This document shows positions 33,701 to 48,700 of a DNA stretch of 64,000 nucleotides, one piece after another (the first letter of the stretch is position 1; each line of letters begins with the position of its first letter). This stretch comes from Trichoplax adhaerens (taxonomy: Eukaryota > Animalia > Placozoa): positions 755,872-819,871 of the forward strand of contig NW_002060945.1 of assembly GCF_000150275.1 (NCBI RefSeq). The letters run 5' to 3'. The notes under the pieces were generated by a model. That model was not told the origin of the DNA and did not search any database. It saw nothing but the letters and a program-made list of their open reading frames with translations. Made by a program: the position numbers and the translations under genes.

Positions 33701-36700
33701 CTTTAGACGGCATAGAATGGGTCCTCTTCTCTAGTACGTCTTGGTTGATGTCCCGTCTGAGCTGGTGGTAGTTTATAGTAGAATTGGAATTAAAATTTAT
33801 TTATTGATGATTGTAATGCCGAGTTGGTGCTTTAGACGGCATAGAATGGGTCTTCTTCTCGAGTACATCTTGGTTGATACCCCATTTGGACGGGTAGTTC
33901 CTAGTAGAATTCTATTGATAATTTCTAATCCCAAATTGGTACTTTAGACGGCATAGAATGGGTCCTCTTCTCGAGTACATCTTGGTTGATTCCCCATATG
34001 GACGGGTAGTTTGTAGTGGAATTGTAGTAGAATTGACAGTCAGCACTAAGGATCATCTTGAACTGACTACAGGCCAATAATAGCAGTCGGCTATTACTGT
34101 TGATCGCGGACTACCTCGAACAGTTTCCATTCATTCATGATACTCAGTGTCACTCACCGCCCGTCTCACTTGACCACGGCTCCAATGATGCTTCACTTCC
34201 ATGACCAATAATAGGAGTCGGATATGACTGTTGATCGCGGACTACCTCTAACAGTTTCCATTCATTCATGATACTCAGTGTCACTCACCGCCCGTCTCAC
34301 TTGACCACGGCTCCAATGATGCTTCACTTCCATGACCAATAATAGGAGTCGGATATGACTGTTGATCGCGGACTACCTCTAACAGTTTCCATTCATTCAT
34401 GATACTCAGTGTCACTCACCGCCCGTCTCACTTGACCACGGCTCCAATGATGCTTCACTTCCATGACCAATAATAGGAGTCGGATATGACTGTTGATCGC
34501 GGACTACCTCTAACAGTTTCCATTCATTCATGATACTCAGTGTCACTCACCGCCCGTCTCACTTGACCACGGCTCCAATGATGCTTCACTTCCATGACCA
34601 ATAATAGCAGTCGGATATTACTGTTGATCGCGGACTACCTCTAACAGTTTCCATTCATTCATGATACTCAGTGTCACTCAGCGCCCGTCTCACTTGACCA
34701 CGGCTCCAATGATGCTTCACTTCCATGACCAATAATAGGAGTCGGATATGACTGTTGATCGCGGACTACCTCTAACAGTTTCCATTCATTCATGATACTC
34801 AGTGTCACTCACCGCCCGTCTCACTTGACCAACGACTCCAATGATGCTTCACCCATGGTCGGATGTTACTGTTGATCCCTGACTGCCTTACAGTTTCCAT
34901 TCATTCATGATACTCAGTGTCACTCACCGTCCGTCTCACTTGACCAACGACTCCAATGATGCTTCACCCATGGTCGGATGTTACTGTTGATCCCTGACTG
35001 CCTTACAGTTTCCATTCATTCAGGATACTCAGTGTCACTCACCGCCCGTCTCACTTGACCACGGCTCCAATGATGCTTCCCTTCCATGACCAATAATAGG
35101 AGTCGGATATTACTGCTGATCGCGGACTACCTCTAACAGTTTCCATTCATTCATGATACTCAGTGTCACTCACCTTCCGTCTCACTTTACCACGGCTCCA
35201 ATGATGCTTCACATCCATGGTCGGATAGGAATCGGCTATTACTGTTGATCCCTGACTGCCTTACAGTTTCCATTCATTCATGATACTCAGTGTCACTCAG
35301 CGTTCGTCTCACTTGACCACGGCTCCAATGATGCTTCACTTCCATGGTTCAATCGGCAGTGTTCGCCAAGCGCATTCATCAGCGATGCGTCAACTTGCAC
35401 ATTTACAGTCAGTATATAGCATAGAGGTGAAGAAACATGGTTGATCTCTTACAGTACATTCACCACACTGACCGTCTGACTCACCAACTGGCCAAACGAT
35501 GATTGACTTGAGTCGTTCAATGTACGCTTTGATGAAGCCAAATGCTAGCAATGAATTTTTCTCTTACGTCAAAGTCACTGATACTAGTGACTAAGGACTT
35601 GGCAAGGAGCATGGATCCAGGCCCTGCTACCGAAGACTAATACAATTACTCTTACAAGTTCTTGCAAGTAGTGTGTCAATCAGCTCGATACCATTGCATC
35701 ATCCATGATGAATCTTGTACTGTTGACCAGCCATGTCACTTGCAGTTGAATGACTCACATGGCTAGGGTGACTCGTTGGCGGTCAGATGGTTTTTCCCCG
35801 GCATAACCGCGATTCCTCTACCAGACTTGAGTCGTTGAATGTATGCTTTTGAAGAAGCCAAATGCTAGCAATGAATTTTTCTCTTACGTCAAAGTCACTG
35901 ATACTAGTGACTAAGGACTTGGCAAGGAGCATGGATCCAGGCCCTGCTACCGAAGACTAATACAATTACTCTTACAAGTTCTTGCAAGTAGTGTGTCAAT
36001 CAGCTCGATACCATTGCATCATCCATGATGAATCTTGTACTGTTGACCAGCCATGTCACTTGCAGTTGAATGACTCACATGGCTAGGGTGACTCGTTGGC
36101 GGTCAGTTGGTTTTTCCCCGGCATAACCGCGATTCCTCTACCAGTCCATCTTCAACGGTAGATTTGAACTCCTAATAACTTAGAGTCCATCATACTTATT
36201 CTTAGAGGGGTGCCATTTTCCAACAAGAAACTTGAATTAAATGCAACTAAAATCAGTTGACAACGATATCAAATCGATCTTAGTAGCCTACAGACGCTGG
36301 TGCATCCATAGAATATATCTTGCTACAAGCTGAAATGAAAGTTATTTCCAATGGATTGATTGTAATTGTGAGCTGTCAATACACCCCACGTCCATTGATG
36401 TTATTCAAATCTCTGATTGCAATTGCTTATCATGATCAAGAGTGTAATAGTCGACACTGATTTTGATGTTGTTATTTTATATTTCTTCAACAGACGAAAA
36501 AGAATGCCCTAAGCAGTGCGTCAATGGCGCATCTTGCGTGGAAACTTCAACTGACTTTCAATGTTTATGCGCTCCTGGCTATACTGGACGTTATTGTACA
36601 GTAGGTAAGTTGGTATCAATTGCCTATGCCGATAGTGGATGCTGTTGCTTGGAAAAAATGGATTGATTGATTGATTGATAATTACAATCCAAGTTGGCTA

Positions 36701-39700
36701 AGCTCTACTTTAACATGGATTCTTACCTTACTGTATGCATGCATTACCAACAATGCTTTTATAGTCTTGCACTTGAATCTATTATGGTCAGCAGCATCTG
36801 GTCATATTACCGTAAACGGGAGTAAAACCTCTCTTCAATTATACCAGTATAGTGTGCACATTCTGAGTATCACGTTGATCCTACTAGCGTCCAGTCGATC
36901 ACATTCTAGTACACATTAATACTCAAACTTTTCTATTCACTGTTGCTAAATGATCTACTGTATTTTGGTTATATTGTACGTTAATCCATTCGACATGAAT
37001 GACTCCAATACAGATGAGATGATTTTGATAGATATATTTTAGATATTACAGGATATTTCGCAATCTTTGCCTGATTTACAGCACTACGTTCTACTTTTTA
37101 CTTACTGGAGATATTTAAACTGAAAATTTCCCTATTTAATCATGCTAATTGTAAGGAATCGTATTTTTTTTCAATACGATATTGATTGAATCCAATAGAT
37201 ATTGATGAATGCGCATCCAATCCATGTCGAAGCTACGGCCCTGACGCTATGGCTAATTGTACCCAAGGTATTAACTTATATACTTGCTCATGCCCAGCGG
37301 ATACCTCTGGAGAATCATGCGAACAAGGTATTTATGTAAATAGAAATATGCCAATTATGGACGGTAGATCAACTCTTAATTTTACTGATTGTTCATAACG
37401 GGCGGAATGGAAAATCAGCCTGATCGCAAAAAACTTTGAACTAGATGAATATAGAGAATGACACTCTTATACTGTATATAACCATTTTCTTTTAAATTAA
37501 TGAATAAAAATTGAATTAATTCATAAATAACATGAATGATTTTAATGGATAATTTTTATGCAGATCTTAATAGCTGTTTCAGTAATCCATGTCTTAACGG
37601 AGCTACATGTATGAATGATGGTCCCAACAAATATAATTGTACTTGCGCTTATGACTTCTTTGGTCACAATTGTGCATACAAGAAAGGTAAATGAGTTTTA
37701 TCTGTTATCGCATTGCTTTCTCCTGTAGATTTTCGATGATGACATTATTCGTATATCTTACTCTTAAAAACTCGAATTTTTAGTCGCATACAGTAGAATT
37801 AGCAAGCCAATGTCAATGAGAATATTGCACTACAAGTTAATTATGTTACATTAGTTTATTTATTTTTCATTATTAAGTTAGTAAAGATTAAAATATGTAC
37901 AAACTGTAATTGCCGAGATTGATTGATATAATTATACATAGAACTATTACTCTTATTAATACATATTTTACGCGTATCTGTTATTATTTTACTTAAAGGT
38001 GATGCTCATCATATTGGAAAAGACTTCTACATTGCTTTCATGGAAAATGTAGCCGTTTTAGATACTAAACTCAGCGTTACTATCTCATCACAAATGGCTA
38101 CCACTGTTAGTATTACTTGTGCGGCTTGTCGACCAATCTTTCAAACTACCCAAACTATTAGTAATGGCACTACAGTTACTATTCAACTACCTAATACTCA
38201 ATCTATTTATGGCGTTACATACAGTCATCGCATTTTCAATATTCATGCTGATCAGCCTATTACAGTCCGTGGTTATACTGCAGCACCAAGATCTACTGAA
38301 AGCTACCTCGCATTACCTCTAACCTCATTAGGTCTCCGCTATATTGTAGCATCCTATCCTTCTCAGAGTTCGGAGTTTGTTATTATCGGTACAGCAAATC
38401 GAACAAAAGTCACTATTAATTTCCCTACCGATATAAGCTTTGGCGGTTCCAATTATTCACGTAATCAAAATTATACCATCACACTACAACAATTACAAGC
38501 TTATCAATTCCAAAGTGATAAAGATCTAACAGGAACTATCATTAATGCTAACCAACCTATTGCTGTATTCAGCGGTGATAAATGTGCTAATGTAGAAGTT
38601 AATGCAAGAGCTTGCGATCATCTCGTCGAACAATTAGTTCCAGTACGTAATTGGGACACTCAATACGCTAGTATGTACATTTATGGACGTAAAAATATAT
38701 CAGCATTATATCGTGTCATCGCGAGTGAAGATAACGTAGATGTTACTATTACCGGTAAAAGTGTAAAAATGATGCAAATTTCTAAACGAGGCGGTTTCAT
38801 CGAATTCTTGGGTGATGTTAATACACCAGTCGTTATCCGCTGTAGCCAAGTTTGCTCTGTTTATCAATATAATCGTGGAGGAGAATTAGATTTTACACAA
38901 TATGATCCATTCTTAACAACTGTACCCGGTTTTCAACAATTTTACAAAGATTACCTGTTTAATGGACCAACCATGAGTGGCACTAGCTATATGATATATA
39001 TCAATATTATCGTCGATACTCAACTATTACAAGGATTACGTTTAGATGGTCAAGCGTTAATGATATTAGATCAAAGCCCTATTCCTGATACTAATTTCAC
39101 TGGTTTAATTATTAGAGCAACACGTAGTAGCCATTCTCTACGTCATATAAATCCTAACGTATACTTTTCAGCAATGTATTACGCATTCTCTTATGCAGAA
39201 AGTTATGGTATGCCATTAGGTATTAATGCAAGGCGCCAATGTGTCATGTACATGAATTCAATGGCTGGAAACGGTATTGACGATGATTGTGATGGTCGAA
39301 TTGATGAGGAAAAAGCTAACGGTATAGACGACGATGGTGACGGTAGAATCGACGAAGATTTAGCTACAAATCCACCGAAACTTATTATGCAAACTTATGT
39401 CGATATTAGAGCATGTCAAGATCCTAACACGATCAATATAAGCGTTTCAGTCATTGGTCAACCTCAAGTTATGACCGATCCAAGATGTAATGTAGCAATG
39501 CCGCCATCCTTTGTCGATGTTGATGGCATATCTAGCGTATGTGGCCGTACTGTTCAGAGATTATGGACTGTAAGCGATACGTGCGGAAATAATGCCTCCG
39601 CAACACAGACCATCGTAGTCGGTTATCCCGGACAAGTCTATCAACCACCAGCTGATTTCACTTATAAGTGTCCAGCTAATCTTGATCCTGCTAGTACAGG

Positions 39701-42700
39701 CCAGGTTCAAGTGACCGCGAAAGCACCATGCAGCTTTACTTATCCAGCACCAGTGATTCAATACTCCGATGAGAATATCAATAATTATTGTAGCCCTAGT
39801 TATAAACGTACATGGACAATTACACCTACAGCTCTATGCGGAAATGTCACTAAACTTGTACAATACTTGAGACCTGAGAATGTTAACGCGGGTAGGTTGC
39901 AAAATACAATCTACGTTCCAAAACATTAGAATATAATGATTTTTTCTCGAAATTAAGTCAGCAATTTAGATTATATACTGTATATCTGTGAATAGGGAAA
40001 ACTAATATTAGCGAAAATATCTAGATTAATTTACTAATCATCATAACTCTGCTTTATTATTTAGCTCCCGGCAGTTGTCAAACATTATGTAATAATGATG
40101 CTCTTTGCTACTATAATAATTCCTATAATGCAAGTAGTGCCGCGCCTTTACTACAAAACTACAAACCTTATGGTTCAAGTAATAACAATTATACCTGCTT
40201 CTGTGGTCCAAAATCGAGTGGCTTACAATGTAATACAGGTATGTAGGTCGTCGTACTCTAACTTATTGATATTCGCTAAAATTAATTGAGCAGATTACTA
40301 GCAAGTAAGTCTGATATATTGAAGTACTTGAAGCTTTTGTAGTACTTGTTAAACTACTTTAATGAGAAAGTAGCGTAAAGCAGCAACTAATATTTTAAAA
40401 TAATTTTATAAATAATTTTAGTAATAATAACAGATAGAAATAGTAAAATACTTTTAAATCATTACTTGTGTGTTAAAGAAATATTATCTATCTCAATATA
40501 GAGATCCTTGCTTGTCAATCAAATCCATGTGTCAATGGCACATGTATTGAGACATCTCTTGGGTTTGCTTGCCAGTGTTCACCTGGTTACCAAGGGGTAC
40601 AATGTCAAATGGGTATGTATTGTTGTTATATAACTATTTTCTATACTTGAACTGTTTAAACGTATACATTTTAGCCTATTTCAATACGATTAATTATTAA
40701 CAATCATTATAACTAATTTTAATTCTATAAAATAGTGAACAGATCTGATATACACAATAGATTTCAATATTTGTCAGTCTTCGGGTAAAGTTGTAATATA
40801 AAAAACAAAATATACAAATAGTTAAAATTATCCTACGTTAAAAAATGTTAAATTGCAACGTCATGTTAAATTGCAAAGTCATACGATTTTCGTTTTATAT
40901 TGAATAATGATATGAATATAAAAATCTCTTAATAGCAGCAATACAGGATTCATTAATTCTCGGTCAGGATATAATCCCATGAGTTAATAATGTTATCTCG
41001 TATTAAAAATAAAATACAATTACTCATAAATATTTTTAATAGTGAGCTTGCGATAGTCAACGTTATTTCTATGGTTATTATCCGATACATCTAATACTAT
41101 AAATGTATCTATCAGATCTTAGTTGTATTGGTATAATATATCTAAAGTAGTGGTTTGCCTTTTGATAAAAATACCAACGATGTTTAATTTGTACGAGATT
41201 GAAAAACATATATTGAAATAACCATACTGTAATAAATGTTAGTATAAACCGCAATCTCTTAGGATTCGATAGTTTAGATCATAATGCACTATAATCTCTT
41301 GATTCGAAATTATTATCTTTTCTTTTACTAATGCATTACGAATATTAATATATTTCGTTTTCTGATGTATCATAGGTGATTCAAACATACCAACCAGTAA
41401 TTATGGTAAAACTTTCTATGTTACATTTAATCATAATCCTGGTACAGAGGGTTACCCCATCCTTACTCTTGTTGCCGAAAATCGCCAAGCTTCCGTAATT
41501 GTGCAATGCTTAGATGATAGTTGTATGTTTCAACGATCAGTCGGTTCTACAAATACCACAGATGTTTCACTACCACCGTCAATCCAAACTAAGGGAATGG
41601 GCTTCACGAATAGAGTAGTTCAAGTAACATCGACAGAAAATATTGCAGTATGGGGAAATAATTATCGATCTGGAAGTATCGATAGCTTTCTAGTTCTACC
41701 ACGCCAATTATATGGTAAACGCTATGTTGTAGCTGGTTATAGGCCAACATTGAATTCTCAACTTTCAATTGTAGCAAGCGAACAAGATACACAAATTAAT
41801 ATTACATTCCCAGCTCCGATTACCTATAACGGAACTCATTATGATTCTCAAACACCATTGATGATGATGTTAAAAGCTAAAATGGCATTCAAATATTTTC
41901 ATCAATTCGAAGATTTAACTGGTACTATGATTACATCATCACAAGATATAGCTGTTTATAGCGGTAATGAATGTGCCAATGTCCCATTTGGGCAACCATT
42001 CTGTGATCATTTAATTGAACAACTTCCATCAGTAGATAATCTTGGTACACGTTATATAGTAGCCGGTTTTGGTGGACGCTTAGGTCATGATATTGTACGA
42101 ATTACATCAGCTTTGCCTAATACTATGGTATATTTAGGTAACGGTACATCGAAATCGCTACCAACTCGAGGCAGTCACTTTGAGTTCGAAGTCAATAGCG
42201 GTACAGCTATGTATCTTAATTGCAGCCGTCCATGCTTATTAACACAATATACTAAAGGACGAACTGTAGATAGCACTAATTCTGATCCGATGATGATTTA
42301 TATACCAGCTATTGATCAATACTCTAAAGATTATCTCTTCCGACCAACATTAATGCTTGGTACAGAGATTGTCCATTATATTACAATAATTATCGAAAAA
42401 GATCAAGTTAGTGGATTAACATTAGATGGAAATCCAATCAATTCATCGATATCATGGGTACAAGCTATGGGAACTCAATATGTCGCTGCAGCTATTCAAG
42501 TTAGCGGTTTAGATCATCAACTTCGTCATAGTAATCCATTAGTGACATTTGCTTTATTAATCTATGGTCATGAACGAGTATCTGCTTATGGTATGCTCGG
42601 TGGAGTTAATTACGACCATCATTGTAACTTCCCTGGTGTACCAGGTGATCTAATTGATAATGATTGCGACGGACGTACTGATGAAGAATTATATAACGGT

Positions 42701-45700
42701 ATCGACGACGATAACGACGGAAGAATCGATGAAGATTTATCTATACGATATCCAACATTACACGTACCTCAAAACTATACTATCACTACATGTCAACCGA
42801 TGCAATTTAAGCCATCTACTGATATTACTGGTATGGCAACAGTCGGTTATGTACACCCACAGTGTAAATCCAATGAGACAAACATAAAAGTGACTTACAA
42901 CGATACAATGATGACTACAGCATGTGGCGTTCAAATCTGGCGAAAATGGTCGGTTGCAGATTCATGCGGCAATGTAGTCACACGGCAACAAAGTATTGTT
43001 GCTAGAATGATTGGTCAACAATCGTATCGATTCCCCAACCACACTAGTGGTTTATGTCCTGTTGATAGCTCTGTAGATGTAAATGGCCAACCGACGGTTC
43101 GAAATCCAACCGACTGTCCAGCAATTCAAATACCCCCACCCAGCATTACTTATCAAGATGTTTCCGTTCAACGATGTGCTTTCCATGTTGAACGTACATG
43201 GTCGATTACTCCTACGCCACTATGTGGCCCAAATACTAAATACACGCAATTAATACAATCAAGTAAGATGAGAATATAGTAATATATTTTAAGTTATAAA
43301 AATTCTGATGTAAACTATATATCTTATATATATACACACACATAACATTAATATCACAATAATATTTACTATGCTAAAATCAGTATTATCTGTAAATTAG
43401 GAGCTAATAGATAGTCGTTGGTAACTGATGTAGATATACAGCAGCATTAATTTTAAATAATATTATATTACTTTAATAGATCAAGCAAGTTGTGCTAGAC
43501 CATGCATTAATGGCGGAACATGCTTGGACACTCCAACAAGTTTCCAATGCTTATGTTCTCCTGGCTATACTGGACTTCATTGTCAATTTGGTAAGTCGAT
43601 ATTGCAGCATAACACGAGTTCGTATTTAGTATGATTCTAATATTAGATGATTTTTGAAAGGACTTAACTCTAATCTACATAGATTAGCTTTATATATTGC
43701 GTTTTCTACTAGACGGGATTATTTCTTATGACTTCATAACAGGATCGAGTGTTCGCATAATTTACTTCTATTCAAATCATTACTTTATTACAGATTTTAT
43801 TGCATTAACAGCCAATTTTTATATCTACAAAGTATTCGAACTTTTTTAATTATACAATACTAACTAAACTACGCTTTTTACATTTTTATTCCCGTTAGAT
43901 ATTAATGAATGCGCTTCTAATCCATGTAAAAGCTATGGTCCAGGAGCGATGGCTAATTGTACTCAAGGAATTAATTCATATACTTGTTCATGTCCATTAG
44001 ATACCACTGGAGTATCATGTGAACAAGGTAATTATGTAAATACAATATATCGCTATTGGAATATCTCAATCTTTATCATTTACTGATACTTCAACATACT
44101 CTATAAAATTTAAAAAATCAATCTGATTAAAAATTGGTATCACAAATCATCTATTAATAATATAATATATGTATTTTCTCTCATATAGATCTTGACAGTT
44201 GTCGCAGTAATCCATGTCTCAATGGAGCCTCCTGTTCGAATGATGGTGCTAATAAATACAATTGTCTTTGTGCTAACGGCTACTTTGGTCGTAACTGCGC
44301 CTACAAGAAAGGTAAAAATCAGCAAATACTATTAGATTGCTATCTACTACATTTTCACATGTTTTTCTAAATATCTATTTATTTAAGTTAGATAAAACAA
44401 TATGATTATAAATAGTGTAGAAATCATATAAATTTTACGTAACCGATTATTTATACAGTATATCACACAACCCTTTACGATTTTTAGTGATAAAATGATG
44501 GATAACTTTATGCAATAAATTCGTTCGAATAAATATGGTTAAGAATATTATAGTTTAATGGTTTAATTATATTAAAGTTAGAGTTTTGGTTTATCATTTT
44601 TAGCGTGTAAAGATTAAAATAAGATATATACTGTAGTACCTACTACTAAAACAATTTACTTATAATATGTCTTAATACCCTACTTTAAGGTGACGCTCAT
44701 CATATTGGAAAAGATTTCTACATTGCTTTCATGGAAAATGTAGCCGTTTTAGATACTAAACTCAGCGTTACTATCTCATCACAAATGGCTACCACTGTTA
44801 GTATTACTTGTGCGGCTTGTCGACCAATCTTTCAAACTACCCAAACTATTAGTAATGGCACTACAGTTACTATTCAACTACCTAATACTCAATCTATTTA
44901 TGGCGTTACATACAGTCATCGCATTTTCAATATTCATGCTGATCAGCCTATTACAGTCCGTGGTTATACTGCAGCACCAAGATCTACTGAAAGCTACCTC
45001 GCATTACCGCTAACTTCATTAGGCTTCCGCTATATTGTAGCATCCTATCCTTCTCAGAGTTCGGAGTTTGTTATTATCGGTACAGCAAATCGAACAAAAG
45101 TCACTATTAATTTCCCTACCGATATAAGCTTTGGCGGTTCCAATTATTCACGTAATCAAAATTATACCATCACACTACAACAATTACAAGCTTATCAATT
45201 CCAAAGTGATAAAGATCTAACAGGAACTATCATTAATGCTAACCAACCTATTGCTGTATTCAGCGGTGATAAATGTGCTAATGTAGAAGTTAATGCAAGA
45301 GCTTGCGATCATCTCGTCGAACAATTAGTTCCAGTACGTTATTGGGACACTCAATACGCTAGTATGTACATTTATGGACGTAAAAATATATCAGCATTAT
45401 ATCGTGTCATCGCGAGTGAAGATAACGTAGATGTTACTATTACCGGTAAAAGTGTAAAAATGATGCAAATTTCTAAACGAGGCGGTTTCATCGAATTCTT
45501 GGGTGATGTTAATACACCAGTCGTTATCCGCTGTAGCCAAGTTTGCTCTGTTTATCAATATAATCGTGGAGGAGAATTAGATTTTACACAATATGATCCA
45601 TTCTTAACAACTGTACCCGGTTTTCAACAATTTTACAAAGATTACCTGTTTAATGGACCAACCATGAGTGGCACTAGCTATATGATATATATCAATATTA

Positions 45701-48700
45701 TCGTCGATACTCAACTATTACAAGGATTACGTTTAGATGGTCAAGCATTAATGATATTAGATCAAAGCCCTATTCCTGATACTAATTTCACTGGTTTAAT
45801 TATTAGAGCAACACGTAGTAGCCATTCTCTACGTCATATAAATCCTAACGTATACTTTTCAGCAATGTATTACGCATTCTCTTATGCAGAAAGTTATGGT
45901 ATGCCATTAGGTATTAATGCAAGGCACCAATGTGTCATGTACATGAATTCAATGGCTGGAAACGGTATTGACGATGATTGTGATGGTCGAATTGATGAGG
46001 AAAAAGCTAACGGTATAGACGACGATGGTGACGGTAGAATCGACGAAGATTTAGCTACAAATCCACCGAAACTTATTATGCAAACTTATGTCGATATTAG
46101 ATCATGCCAAGATCCGAACACGGTCGATGTAACAGCTTCAGCCATTGGTCAACCTCAAGTTATGACCGATCCAAGATGTAATGTAGCAATACCGCTATCG
46201 TCTATCGATACTGCCGGTGCTTCCAGTCCATGTGGTCGTACTGTTCAAAGATTATGGACTATTAGTGATACGTGCGGAAATAATGCCTCCGTAACACAGA
46301 CTATCGTAGTCGGCTATCCCGAACAAGTCTATCAACCACCAGCTGATTTCACTTATAAATGCCCTGCTAGTCTTGATCCTGTTAGTACAGGTCAGATTCA
46401 AGTGACCGCGAAAGCACCATGCAGCTTTACTTATCCAGCACCAGTGATTCAATACTCCGATGAGAAAATCAGCAATTATTGTAGCCCCAGTTATAAACGT
46501 ACATGGACAATTACACCTTCAGCTGTTTGTGGAAATGGAACTAAATTTGTACAATACTTGAGACCTGAGAATGCCAACATGGGTAAGTTTGAAGTGCATT
46601 CTTTTTACCAATATAATCGAATATAACTATTTAAATGTTTTTCATAAATGTTAATTAAGAATAGGAAATAGTAAGCATTAATATTTAGCAAAAACTTATT
46701 TGTTAAATTGCTTTATAATCTTTGTCACGTTTCTCTATTATAATTATTTAGCTCCTTATAGCTGTGAACCTTTGTGCTATAATGATGCCCTTTGCTACTA
46801 CAATAATTCCTATAATGCAAGCACTGTTGCGCCTTTATTATCAACTTATAAACCTTACGGTTCAAGTGATAGTAATTATACTTGCTTCTGTGGTCCAAAG
46901 TCAACTGGCATGCGTTGTAATACAAGTATGTTGGATTTAATTTTGAAATTTATTGTTACGCTTATTTTAAAAATTAATAGAGCAAAGTATTGGTAAATAA
47001 ATCAGAAATGGCAACGAATTCGTACCTTTAATTTAATTGTTTTGTTACAAATTCAGTGCAATGGAATTATGCTCGCTATATTTCTAAACAATATTATAAA
47101 CATTTATTTATAGATAATTATAACAACGATCACTGGTCGATATAGTGTTAAGCAGGTTTTAACGATAATTTGCACCCTAAAAATTATTATTATCTCAATA
47201 CAGCAATCATTGCTTGCCAATCGAATCCATGTATCCATGGTACATGTAGTGAAACTGCTGCCGGCTTTGCTTGTCAATGTTCACCTGGCTATGAAGGAGT
47301 ACAGTGTCAATCAGGTTCTGAACTTGTACATGTGAAATGTATTCTGTATCGACTACCTAAGATTTAGCTAATATTAATGTAATAATTCTTACTCTAACCT
47401 AGAAATAAACGAATGTGCTTCGAACCCTTGTTCTAATGGCCAGTGTATTGATCTATTCAGCAAGTTCGTGTGCCATTGCAATTACGGCTATTCAGGACCA
47501 TTATGTAATCAAGGTAATAATTTATAAGTCGTATTTGTAGAAATTTTACCAAGGAATATTTAAAACGATTCTATCATCAACAATCGAATTATTCACTCCT
47601 TATTCGCTGAAATATTAGCGATTTCCTGTTAATACTATTATTTCGGGGATTATTACATGTAATTACAAGTAAATACGGTAGTTTCCTTAAACTCAACTGG
47701 TTTATTTGTTATTGATCAAGTTTTTATCTTAGCATTATTGGAACTTTGTTAGCGAATACTACTTCTGTACTAATACAAATTTCATTTAAATATTTTCAAA
47801 ATAATTGACTAATTTGTTTTTTCTATACTTAGAACAGTTTGAAAATATCATAAATGTTTTTAATTACATGTATATGACAAATTCTCTGCAGGACCGGCCT
47901 ATACACAATCCATTCGACTTATTAATGGTGGCAGAAATGATACAGGAGCTGTTCAAATCTTTTACAATAATGAATGGGGAACTGTTTGCAATAAAGGTTT
48001 CGATACACTAGATGGCAATGTTATTTGTCGCCAGCTAGGCTATCGAAGGATGCTACAGCAATTAAACACTAGCGCTCTTACTAGTCCTGTTACAGGACGT
48101 ATTTGGTTAGCTGGACTGACCTGTTACGGTTATGAAGTACAAGTCACAGAATGTGGTCATGGTGGATTTGGTCAAACTGGCTGCCTCCATGATCGCGATG
48201 TCGTTTTGAGATGCTACGGTTAGGATGAATTTAATAGACTACATGACGTTGTTTAAAAATAATACAGTCGGATAATATCATTGCATTCAAGATTATAATA
48301 AGTGTATATGTGTAGTAGGCACGTATAAGATAGATATACCTCTGTTTCAATCTTAGATTATAACGAATGCGCATCCAATCCTTGTGTCAATGGCTATTGT
48401 TCTCATTCTCCAAATGATAATGGTTATACGTGTTCATGCTTTGGTTCATATACTGGAACTAATTGTGATGCACGTAAGATCAATTTACTATAAGTGTTAA
48501 CGAGTGACTGCTTACTATAATAATTTTGTATGAAAACGAAAATTCATTCCCGTACATTGTACAGGGAGAATCGCCAACGTATAATATCTCTAATATTTTT
48601 TTAATCGTTGTTAGCCCTATCCAATTGCAATTCGACTTTGTGCACTTTCGGAACTTGCATTCCTACCGCCAATTCCTTCACTTGCAATTGTGCAAATGGG

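Noticed and set aside
34074-35347. Regular repeat array considered as CRISPR-like or a snoRNA cluster
   Set aside because: Whole units repeat with no unique spacers, no cas genes and a eukaryotic context; C/D boxes are not consistently present.
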